Shown piece after piece: positions 41,566 to 52,654 of a stretch of 64,000 nucleotides of DNA (within the stretch, counting starts at the first letter, position 1; each line of letters starts with the position of its first letter). The notes under the pieces are model-generated. The model was not told the DNA's origin. It saw only the letters and a program-made list of their open reading frames with translations, and made no database searches. This DNA comes from Eledone cirrhosa (Eukaryota), in contig OZ024746.1 in NCBI GenBank assembly GCA_964016885.1, positions 56,420,001-56,484,000 of the forward strand, read 5' to 3'. A program made the translations under genes and the position numbers.

Positions 41566-42055
41566 GTTTTTTTGAGAAAAAAAATATTATTTTTCCAAAA
41601 TAAAGTTCAAATATTTGGGCCAAAAGGCCCAAATATTATGAGTTATTCCTTCACAGGATACAAATGAATGTCTTATAATGCTTCAGCGGTACAAAAAAAT
41701 AAACAATTCTCCACAATTAATCCTCAAAAAATTGCTTACTGACGGAGCTTCAAAAAACGTACATCCACTTTCGTCAATAATAATAATAGTAATAATAATA
41801 ATAATAATGATTTATTTATTAACCACAAGGGTTTACATAAAGTAGACATTAAGGACAGTGCAGGACAATACAGGACGGTACAAATGGGCATTTCTGCGTG
41901 TAAAAAACAAAAACAGAGGATGTAACAAAAAATAACAATGAAAATTCCCCAATGGGGGGAGACTTCGGAGGGACATTTCTGGAGAAAGCCCAGTAAAAGG
42001 CCACAGTGACCTGACCACCAAGGCAAGTGCCCTCTCCCAGTTTTCCACGTTTAGT

Positions 42056-45000
42056 TTACAGATAAGTACTCAGCGTAGGCCCATTCACTCGGGCCATTCT
42101 TTCTTCTCTCAGCCATCTTTCAACAAAATGCTGGGAAGAGAGATCTTCTCTCTCTACTCTGATTTTCCTCTTCAAATGAAATTTGAAAAAGTCAATCAGG
42201 GCATAACCGAAGAGGTAAGTGCTCGTCTTCACCCCTTTCAAACGTGTCCACCATACTATCTCTTTCGCCATGGCCACCAGACAGATAAAAACTGCCTGCC
42301 CTTCCCGGCTAAAGGAAGAGGGCGGGGCAATCCTCACGATGGACTCAGATGATAGCTGGATCCGTCCTAAACGCGACAGCAGGTGTTCGACATAAACCCA
42401 CAAGTCAGCAATTTTCGGACACTGGACGAGTGCGTGCAGGACGGTTTCGTCGCCCTGCGCGCATCTCGGACATGCCCGGCTGACGGCACCTCCATGCCTG
42501 TAGAGTTTATCCCGAACTGGCAAGGCGCGTCGGTAGCACTGCCAGGCCAGAGATTTCTGGAAGTTGTCCATAGGCCCCGGCCCGAAAGTTCTTCCGAAGA
42601 GATTGGCTAGTTGAATTTCGTCGACGCCTAGAGTTTCCCCAAGTACGTCGTCGCTCTTCCCCCCCACTAATCCTCTATAGAACGCCGAGGTGGAGTTTCC
42701 ACCGATCACATTGCCCGATTGGTCGAGGGCTGTGAGCGCCTGAAGACATTCCAGTCTCCAGGCGCTCCCTCTTGGTCTTCGCTTGACCCAGGACTGCAGC
42801 TCCGTCAAGGAAACGAGCTGGGGAAATACGTACCTATCAAACGGCGACCACACCTGATCACCGTCGAGGAAGAGGTGGAGATATCGTAGCCTGACCGCGT
42901 GTTGCGACTCATCAGCTACGGCATGCCCAGCCCTCCACGTAGCGGGTGTTGACAGCAGATGGACCGCCTGACCGTCGGAGCTCGTCCCTTCCACAAAAAG
43001 CGAAAGAGCGAACGCTCCAGCGCAATCAGGCGAGGCTTAGGACAAGGTACGACGGTCAGGCGGTAGCAGATGACAGACGCGATGTACGCGTTAGCCACGC
43101 CTGCACGCCATTTCAGGGATAGTTTCCTCTCCGCCCATTTCTGGGTGAGAGAAGCCACCCTGCTCGTCACCTCGTCCCTGTTTTTGTCCGTCTGGAGGTC
43201 CGAACCGAACCAGACCCCTAGCAATTTAACCGGTCCATCGGCCCAGCGTCCGACGACGCTGTTGGACGGCATGGACCTGCCTCTCCAGGTGCCGAGCTGC
43301 AGGCCCACTGACTTTTCCTGGTTGATCATTGCTCCTGTCACCGCTTCGTATTCTCTTAGTGTAGTGCCGATCGCCTCGATGTGTTTGGCGTTCAACACCA
43401 CTACGGTGACATAGTACGCCTATACTGACACGGATCTTCCGCATCCTAGTTCGCGCGGGACGCCCCTCAACGTCTCCAGTTTGTGCAGTAATGGCTCAAG
43501 AGTCAATACGTACAAGAGGGACGAGAGGGGACATCCTTGGCGGACCGACGCAACATGTTGAACGGTTCAGAAAGGTGACCGTTCACTCTCACCACAGAGC
43601 AGATGTCGCTGTGCATGGCAGCGATCCAGCCTCTGAAGACGGGCCCAAAGCCAGCCGCCCTCAGGACTGCCGCTAGGTAACGATGGTCGACCCTATCGAA
43701 AGCTTTCGACTGATTAAGGCCCCACCCGTGTCAGGTTCCCTAGCTACCCTCTCTACGATGTATCGCATGAAATGGAGGTTGTCGTGGATGGATCTGTCGG
43801 GAATGGCGCATGTCTGCGCCTCTCCCACCAGACAATCAACGACAAGCGCCAACCTCTTTGCTAGCACCTTGGCCAAAATCTTAAATTCTGTGTTTAGCAG
43901 AGTTATGGGCCGGAAATTGTCTATGTTATCCCCCTTGTTCGGATCCTTTCTCAGCAGTGCCACCGCTCCTCGGCTCACAGAACTGGGAATTCTCCCGTTC
44001 TGTTGCCAGTTGCAGTAGACGTCCGCCAAGAGGCCTCCGAACAAGTCTGGCATCTGTACGTAAAGTTCATAGGGCAGACCATCCAAACCAGGCGATTTAC
44101 CCCTTGTGCAGCCAGTCATTGCCTCCCTTACTTCAGCGGCTGTTATCGGCTTTTCGCAACACTTCGCCTCAGTGGCCGAGAGCCGCGGCAGTCCGTCGAG
44201 GTAGACACTAAAGTCCATCCCTCTACCCGGCCCACCGCTGCCCCCGAACAGCTGAGCGAAGTGTCGCTGAAAAGCTTCACACATTTGCCCGGGATCGAGT
44301 AGCATGCGCCCGTCGTGGTCCACCAAAGACCGGATCGTGGCTTTGTTGCCACGACGCGCCTCCGCCACTCGGGCCCATTGAACGGCTTTCGTCCCCTCGT
44401 GTCTGAGAGCACGCACCCTAGCTCTGACAACGCAGCCTTCGTGCTTTGCATTGAATAATTGGTCAAGGGCCAATTTCGCCGCAAGCACGTCGGTCGCAAT
44501 GCCTTTGCTAAGCGCCTCGTCTAATTTTTTAACTAGTTCTCCCTCTGCTCTATTTTTCTCTATTGCTAAAGCCTTACTAAACCTAATCGATTCTATTCAA
44601 ATCGCACTTTTCAGAGCAAACCACCACTTGTTGTTGACGATGGCCCCCGTCAACGCCCGCTTAACTAGTTCGCTAATCCGGTCTCTGTAGGCCTTGCGCG
44701 CTGGTAAGGACGCGTTTAGCTTCCAGTAGCCGGGTCCTCGTCTATGAAGCCTATCTAAGTCAAGCAAACAGGTCACGAATTTGTGGTCCGTGTAGCTGAC
44801 TATCTTGAATTGTGGACAGCCTATGCTAGACCTATCTATTTCCCTACAAAATACTCTATCTAGATATGATCTGGATGACCCTATGCGGTTTGTCCAAGTC
44901 CACATTGGCACATTCGGGAAATCCAATCGGTACCTGTCAGACAGTTCAAAACGCCTGAGCAGGTTGGTGAGGCTCTTGCACCTTCCACCTCTATCCACTA

Positions 45001-45463
45001 ATCCCACACAGTCCCAGCGTGCATCTAAGATCCCGTTCCAGTCGCTCACTAACACTAAAGAGCGGGACGTTCCAAGAAAGGTCTCCAGACGCCGGAAGAA
45101 ATCAGGCCGCCCTGCTCCTGTCGGGGCATAGACGGCCACTAGCCTGAAAGCTTGCCCGTCTCCGCTGGTCACGTCCAGCACCAACAGCTTACCCTCTGGG
45201 TCCAGGGAGATGGCCCGTATGGCGAGATCCAAACCTCTCCGAAAAAGCACAGCAACTCCTCCACCCGATCCAGGACGGCTGGGAGATGCGTACACATCGT
45301 AGCCGCCGAAGATCGGTGCGAAGGCCCGTGCTTCGGAGATTCTGGTCTCGCTGATGGCCACTACATCTATGTTTAGTGACCTGAGGTCGTTGAGCAGGTG
45401 ACCCTGCTTCCATGACGACCCCAAGCCACGCGCATTTATGCTGCCTATTCTGAGTGAGGTCAT
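42056..45463 (-). pseudogene. ORF2 family A, multiply disrupted
   Basis: Fragments 44597-45463, 43673-44488, 42916-43401 and 42056-42994; the YADD region is mutated. Confidence 0.9.
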
Positions 45464-45498
45464 GTTTAAAATAGAGTGGAAAAGATGGGAACGACCAC

Positions 45499-47577
45499 TT
45501 ACCGTACTTTTGGTAGAGGAGGGATGGTTTTTACATCCCTTTTCACTTGATCGTCTGGTGAAGGGACCGTTGAATCGTCCCTTCGGCTGGTCGTCGGCTC
45601 TTCTAAGAGAATGTCTGAGTATACTCTTCGATTGATGGTTCCTCCTAGGTCCCTGAAATCACCAACTGCGTTGGGGAATTTCGTTTTAATGTTTGTGTAT
45701 TGTTTCTGTGCTATTTTTAGCAGTCTTATGTTAGTTGGCGTTTTGATTGGTGCTGGTATTATGTAGTCCTGTTGTGAAATGTCTGTGTGTTCAATTATGT
45801 AAGTGATTAGTTTCTTGTTGTGTGTATTTATTGCCGTGCATTTGTTTTTCTGGGGGTGGGGTGTGGTTCTACTATTTGCTTGTCGTTGTTGCTGGTTGTG
45901 TGTGTTTTGTTGTTGTGTTTGCGATGTTGGTGCTTGTGGTGGTGGTGTTAAAGGTGTTGTTGGCGGTGGTGATGGTGGTGCTAGTGTGGGTGGTGATGGT
46001 GTTGGTGTTGTTGCTGCTGTGGGTCTCTTTGCAGTAGACTTTACCCTTTTCTCATTTCTTTCCTCCCTTTTCAAAGGCGACGATGCGCTGCTTCTGCGTT
46101 TGTGCCTTCTTACGACCTTTTGCCATCCCTCTCCCACCTCACACTCCATGTCTGATTCTGTGAGGTCGGGGAGGGGTACCAGCTCCACTCTTTCACTTGT
46201 TGTTGGTGATGTTTGCACTGGAGTCTCTGTTGCAGCTGCATTTGGTATTGCTGTTGTTGTTGTTAATATTTCCACTGCTGCTGCTGTTTTTGATTTCCGT
46301 GGAGTGGGTATGGGTGCCACGGACCTATCGTTCCTGGTTGCCGCTTGTCCTGTTGCTGGTAGCCGTGGAGCCGGATTCGGAAGGAGGGGGGTTTTCTCCT
46401 TTCTCAGGGTCTTCTCGTTGCAGAAGGCCCTGAGGTGAGTCTTCGATCCACAGCGAAAGCATTTCGGGCGTTTGCCCTCAACACTTATGGGCAGTTGAGT
46501 GCCGTTATCGAAGTCTATCACATCCGGGATAGCTTCGATGCACCCCTGGTTGGTTTGGATTAACATCTCAATGGAGGAGCCGACCCAATCTTCTCTTACT
46601 TTTTTCTGTACTTGCAGTACAGTTGTTTTGTCCTCGATTCCGACGAGGACAGACGCGGCCAGCCAAGAAGGGGTCATTCCGGGGGGGACATGGGTTAGTT
46701 TGACCCTCACAATTTTTTGCCCACAGTAGGAGGGCACCAACACCATTTCCTCGCTCCTTAGGGTCACTACTGATTGGGCCTTTGCCTCCTGGGGTGTGGC
46801 AAAAAGTACGTCTACGGTGGCATATTTTTTGCCTCGGGTGATGTGCGTTTTCCGCTGCCACACAGACCCCAAGGCTTTTTGTATTTGGGCCTCTGTGGCT
46901 CTTTCCACCCTACGGGATTTTGTACTTACTGTACGGTACGTGACCGTACAGTGCTCTTGGGTTTCGAAAAATGTTTCCGCTGCCTTGCAGATTGCTCGGT
47001 GTCCGTTCTTTGTAACCATCTTCTTCGCTTCCTCTAATTCCTCATTTGTTATGAGGATTGTTTCCAAGTTTTTCGCAATACCTGCAAATGAGATTGGTTT
47101 TTCTCTGCTGTTATTGTTGTCGTCAGAGCTGCTGGTACTTTTGTTGTTGCTGCAGGTACTACGACTACTGCCTCCGCCGCTGTTGCTGTGGTTGTTGTTG
47201 GTGTTGCTGCTGCTAATGCTGTTGTTGTTTATGCTGCTGGTGATGCTGTTGCGGCTGCTACTGTTGTTTTCATTGTCACTGTTGCTGTTGTTATTACGGC
47301 TGCTACTGCTATTATTCCTGACGTCAGACGAATGAACTGGGTTTTCGTATTTCCCGCACACCTGTTTCGTCGCTGTCGTCGTCGTCGTGGAGAAACTTTG
47401 CACGCTTTGCACGAGACATTTCTTTTCTTTCGTCACTTGCGAAAGAGAAGGGAGGGAGAGAGACACATTTAAAGAAGGGAGGGAGAGAGACAATCTTCTC
47501 TCTGCTGTAGTGATGATTGAGGAAGAAGAAGACGGAATGAGTGGGAGTGACGTATGAAATTTCTTTTTCGTAGCCAT
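45499..47577 (-). CDS. Intact Tx1 ORF1 protein (692 aa, gag-like nucleic-acid binding, CX2CX4HX4C knuckle)
   Basis: Uninterrupted ORF just upstream of ORF2; CFRCGSKTHLRAFC; N/S- and P/T-rich linkers. Confidence 0.85.
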   Translation of the reverse strand: MATKKKFHTSLPLIPSSSSSIITTAERRLSLSLPSLNVSLSLPSLSQVTKEKKCLVQSVQSFSTTTTTATKQVCGKYENPVHSSDVRNNSSSSRNNNSNSDNENNSSSRNSITSSINNNSISSSNTNNNHSNSGGGSSRSTCSNNKSTSSSDDNNNSREKPISFAGIAKNLETILITNEELEEAKKMVTKNGHRAICKAAETFFETQEHCTVTYRTVSTKSRRVERATEAQIQKALGSVWQRKTHITRGKKYATVDVLFATPQEAKAQSVVTLRSEEMVLVPSYCGQKIVRVKLTHVPPGMTPSWLAASVLVGIEDKTTVLQVQKKVREDWVGSSIEMLIQTNQGCIEAIPDVIDFDNGTQLPISVEGKRPKCFRCGSKTHLRAFCNEKTLRKEKTPLLPNPAPRLPATGQAATRNDRSVAPIPTPRKSKTAAAVEILTTTTAIPNAAATETPVQTSPTTSERVELVPLPDLTESDMECEVGEGWQKVVRRHKRRSSASSPLKREERNEKRVKSTAKRPTAATTPTPSPPTLAPPSPPPTTPLTPPPQAPTSQTQQQNTHNQQQRQANSRTTPHPQKNKCTAINTHNKKLITYIIEHTDISQQDYIIPAPIKTPTNIRLLKIAQKQYTNIKTKFPNAVGDFRDLGGTINRRVYSDILLEEPTTSRRDDSTVPSPDDQVKRDVKTIPPLPKVR

Positions 47578-47791
47578 GTTGTTTTTTGTTTAAAATGAAT
47601 ATTGGGTACAAAACCCCAATAACTGGTTATTTAGCCCCGAAGGGCCAAATAACGGACAGAAAGACCCCTCTCACGAGGAGGAGGGTGTCTTTATCAACAA
47701 TTTGGTTCAAGTTTTAAACAATTTACAATTGTTTTAACGGTTAAAAATTACTATACCTTACAGAGCCGAGCCTCCGTCAACCATGGCATTC

Positions 47792-47821
<30 letters not shown>

Positions 47822-47822
<1 letters not shown>

Positions 47823-50800
47823 TTTTCTTTATTAACCACAAGGGTTTACATAAAGTAGACATTAAGGACAGTACAGGACAATACAGGACGGTACAAATGG
47901 GCATTTCTGCGTGTAAAAAAAACAGAGGATGAAATAAATTAACAAAGAAAAATTCCCCAACAGGGGGGAGACTTCCGAGGGACATTTGTGGAGAAAGCCC
48001 ATTAAAAGACCACAGTGGCCCTGACCACCGGGGCAAGTGCCCTCTCCCAGTTTTCCACCTTTAATTTACAGACACATACTCAGAGAAGGCCCATTCATTC
48101 GGGCCATACTTGCTTCTCTCACCCATCTTTCAACAAAATGCTGGGAAGAGAACACTTCCCTCTCTACCCTGATTTTCCTTTTTCAGATAAAATTTGAAAA
48201 AGTTTATCAGGGCATCACCGAGGAGGTAAGTGCTCGTCTCCACCCCTTTCAAACGTGTCCACCATACTATCTCTTTCGCCATGGCCACCAGACAGATAAA
48301 AACTGCCTGCCCTTCCCGGCTAAAGGAAGAGGGCGGGGCAATCCTCACGATGGACTCAGCTGATAGCCGGATCCGTCCTACACGTGACAGCAGGTGTTCG
48401 ACATAAACCCACAAGTCAGCAATGCTCGGACACTGGACGAGTGCGTGCAGGACGGTTTCGTCGCCCTGTGCGCATCTCGGACATGCCCGGCTGACGAAAG
48501 TCCTTCCGAAGAGATTGGCTAGTTGATTTTCGTCGACGCCTAGAGTTTCTCCAAGTACGTCGTCGCTCTTCCCCTCCACTAATCCCCTATAGAACGCCAA
48601 GGTGGAGTTTCCACCAATCACATTGCCCGATTGGTCGAGGGCTGTGAGCGCCTGAAGACATTCCAGTCTCCAAGCGCTCCCTCTCGGTCTTCGCTTGACC
48701 CAGGACTGCAGCTCCGTCAAGGAGACGAGCTGGGGAAAAACGTCTCTAGCAAACGGCGACCACACCTGATCACCGTCGAGGAGGAGGTGGAGATGTCGTA
48801 GCCTGAGCGCGTGTCTGCGCATCATCAGTCACGGCATGCCCAGCCCTCCACGTAGCGGGTGTTGACAGCAGATGGACCGCCTGACCATCGGAGCGCGTCC
48901 CTTCCACAAGAAGCGAAAGAGCAAACGCTCCAACGCAGTCAGGCGGGGCTTAGGACAAGGTACGACGGTCAGGCGGTAGTAGATGACGGACGCGATGTAC
49001 GCGTTAGCCACCTCCGCTCGACCTTTCAGGGATAGCTTCCTCTCGGCCCATTTCTGGGTGAGAGAAGCCACCCTGCTCGTCACCTCGTCCCAGTTTTTGT
49101 CCGTCTGGAGGTCTGGACCAAACAGACCCTAGCAATTTAACCGGTCCGTCCGTCCAGCGCCCGACGACGCTGTTGGACGGCATGGACCTGCCTCTCCAGG
49201 TGCCGAGCTGCAGGCCCACTGACTTTTCCTGGTTGATCATTGGTCCTGTCACCGCTTCGTATTCTGTTAGTGTAGTGCCGAACGCCTCGATGTGTTTGGC
49301 GTTCGACACCACTACGGTGACATCGTCGGCATATGATGACACGGATCTTCCGCATCCTAGTTCGCGCGGGACCCCCCTCAACGTCTCCAGTTTGTGCAGT
49401 AATGGCTCGAGAGTCAATACGTACAATAGGGACGAGAGGGGACATCCTTGGCGGACCGAGCGCATGATATTGAACGGTTCCGAAAGGTGACCGTTCACTC
49501 TCACTACAGAGCAGATGTCGCTGTGCATGGCAGCGATCCAGCCTCTGAAGACGGGCCCAAAGCCAGCCGACCTCAGGACTTTCGCTAGGTAACGATGGTC
49601 GACCCTATCGAAGGCTTTCGACTGATCTAAATTGATCAAAGACCCACCCGTGCCAGGTTCCCTAGCTACCCTCTATACGATGTATCGCATGAGGTGGAGG
49701 TTGTCGTGAATGAATCTGTCGGGAATGGCGCATGTCTGTGCCTCTCCCACCAGACCACCAACGACAAGCGCCAACGTCTTTGCTAGCACCTTGGCCAAAA
49801 TCTTGAACTCTGTGTTTAGCAGAGTTATGGGCCTAAAATTATCTATGTTATCCCCCTTGTTCGGATCCTTTCTCAGCAGCGCCACCGCTCCTCGGCTCAC
49901 AGAGCTGGGAATTCTCCCGTTCTGTTGCCAGTTGCAGTAGACGTCCGCCAAGAGGCTTCCGTACAAGTTTGGCATTTGTACGTAAAGTTCATAGGGCAGA
50001 CCATCCAAACCAGGCGATTTACCCCTTGTGCAACTAGTCATTGCATCCCGTACTTCAGCGGTTGTATCGGCTTTTCGCAACACTCCGCCTCAGTGGCCGA
50101 AAGCCGCGGCAGTCCGTCGAGGTAGACACTAAAGTCCATCCCTCTACCCGGCCCGCCACTGCCCCCGAACAGTTAAGCGAAGTGTCGCTGAAAAGCTTCA
50201 CACATTTGCCCGGGATCGAGTAGCATGCGCCCGTCGTGGTCCACCAAAGACCTGATCGTGGCTTTGTTGCCACGACGCGCCTCCGCCACTCGGGCCCATT
50301 GAACGGCTTTCGTCCCCTCGTGTCTGAGAGCACGCACCCTAGCTCTGACAAAGCAGAGTTCGTGCTTTGCATTGAAGAATTGGTCAAGGGCCAATTTCGC
50401 CGCAAGTACGTCGGTCGCGATGCCTTTGCTAAGCGCCTCATCTAATTTTTTAACTAGTTCTCCCTCTGCTCTATTTTTCTCTATTGCTAAAGCCTTACGA
50501 AACCTAATCGATTCTATTCTAATTGCTCTTTTCAGAGCAAACCACCACTTGTTGTTGACGATGGCCCCCGTCAACGCCCGCTTAACTAGTTCGCTAATCC
50601 GGTCTCTGTAGGCCTTGCGCGCTGGTAAGGACGCGTTTAGCTTCCAGTAGCCGGGTCCTCGTCTATGAAGCCTATCTAAGTCAAGCACACAGATCATGAA
50701 TTTGTGGTCCGTGTAGCTGACTATCTTGAATTGTGGACAGCCTATGCTAGACCTATCTATTTCCCTACAAAATACTCTATCTAGATATGATCTGGATGAC

Positions 50801-52535
50801 CCTATGCGATTTGTCCAAGTCCACATTGGTACATTCGGGAAATCCATTCGGTACCTGTCAGACAGTTTAAAACGTCTGAGCAGGTTGGTGAGACTCTTGC
50901 ACCCTCCTTCCCTATCCACTAATCCCACACAATCCCAGCGTGCATCTAAGATCCCGTTCCAGTCGCCCACTAACACTAAAGTGCGGGGAGTGGAAAATCC
51001 TCCACAGGCGTTAGTTTTGGTTTTGGCGTGGTGGATGGTGTAGGCGCTGGTGCTAGTTCTGAAGCGTTGGGTGGTGGTGGTGTTGGTTTTGCTGGTGGTG
51101 GTGGTGGTGTTGGTTTTGCTACTGTTGCTGGGGTTGTTGCTGTTATAGTTGCTTCTGTTGTTGCTGCTACAGTTGCTGCTGCCATCTCTGCTACTGGTGG
51201 TGTTGATGGTTGTGTCATTGGGGTGGGTAGGAGAGGTGGCCTCAACCTTTTAGCCTGAGGGCAGAAGGCCCTTAGGTGGGTTCCTTCACCACAAACGACA
51301 CACCTAGGTCTTCTGCCCTCGACAATTACCGTGAGGTGGCTGCCGTCAGTGAGGTCTATTACCTCTGGGATCTCCTCAATGTTTTTTTGGTTCGCTTGGA
51401 TCAGGAGCTCCATCCCTGATCCGGACCAGTTCTCCTGCTTTTCTTTTGCTATTGCTATTATTTGTGTTGGCTTCGATGCCGGCGAGGTCGGCCGCTATTA
51501 GCCAGGGATTTTCGATGGCCGGTGGAACGTGGGTCACCCTGATCTTTACGAGTCTCTGACCACAATAGCTTGGGACGAGTGTGAAGTCGTCACTTCTTAA
51601 TGGGACCATGGAGTGTTCTCTAGCCTCCTCTGGTGTTTCAAAGAACACGTCCACGGTTCCATACTTTTGCCCACGTCTGATGTGGGTTTTTCTTGCCCAG
51701 ACATGTCCCAAAGCATTTTGGATTTGGGACTCGGATGCCCGTTCCACTCGGCGAGATTTTACATTTATTGTTCGATACGACACGGTGCATAGGTGCCGAT
51801 GCTCCATTTTATTAGGTGTGGGGGGGATGAGGCTGACCCTGTACATCTTTCTTTACCATTGTTTGGCATTTTCTAAATCCTCCTGATTTACCGTAAATGC
51901 TTCGAACAGTTTTGCTACTCTGGCGAAACTGAGGGTGGTTTTTATAATGTCATTGTTGTTGTTGTTGCTATCGTTATTTGTGTTAATATTAATTTTAGTT
52001 TCAGCTGTGGTGGTGGTGACGTCAGTCGTCTTTGGTGGGGAAGAGTCCATTTTGCTTCATTTCATTTCGACATCACGAGTTAATTTATTTTTTTCTTCTT
52101 TTGTTTCTGTTGTCGCGGTGGTGGTGGTGGTGGAGGCTTTAACACCTGCAGTAATTGGTAATGGCGGGAAATGAATGTCTGCCTGAGACAAATTTAAAAT
52201 ATTGCTACTGCTTATATTTTTTTTAGTGTTGGCAAACGTAGTAACATTTACAATGCTGGTGTCGGTGTGAGGTGTTAATTTGTGGTATAGGCTTTCAGCT
52301 GCTTGGTGCAGAGGTGAATTAGCCATATTTCTTTCAAAGAAATTTTTTGATGATAATAAAAGTTTAAATTTTGGGCACAAGGCCCCAATCTTTTTGGGTG
52401 TCCTTTTCAGAAAACAATGTATGTGCGCTTATATGTGGTTAACAATAAAATTTTCCACAAATGGCAATTTTTAACAAACGGAAATAACAAACCTTTGCGG
52501 AGCTCACGATGATACGATTTACTACGTAGGTCGCC
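47822..52535 (-). mobile_element. Chimeric Tx1 copy: family C 5' UTR and ORF1 joined at about 50980 to a family A-like ORF2 and 3' UTR
   Basis: 50980-52380 encodes a third ORF1 type (CVVCGEGTHLRAFC). 47822-50980 closely matches family A starting at LVGDWN in the APE domain, with frameshifts and a deletion near 48495. Confidence 0.88.
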
Positions 52536-52625
<90 letters not shown>

Positions 52626-52654
52626 AAGAAGAAGAAGAAGATGAAGAAGAAGAA
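52536..52654. repeat. (TAA)n-(GAA)n compound microsatellite at an element junction
   Basis: Direct reading. Confidence 0.95.

Larger units (their letters stand above)
35942..41775 (-). mobile_element. Full-length Tx1/L1-clade retrotransposon, family B
   Basis: Distinct 5' UTR and ORF1; ORF2 homologous to family A but diverged; AATAAA and (TTA)n on both sides. Confidence 0.93.
41809..47791 (-). mobile_element. Full-length Tx1 family A copy 2
   Basis: Highly similar to 27348-33375 with an identical 5' terminus; (TTA)n flanks. Confidence 0.93.

Noticed and set aside
27563-51886. Numerous + strand ORFs overlapping Tx1 copies, repeated between copies
   Set aside because: Antisense shadows of GC-rich coding sequence, repeated only because the elements are.
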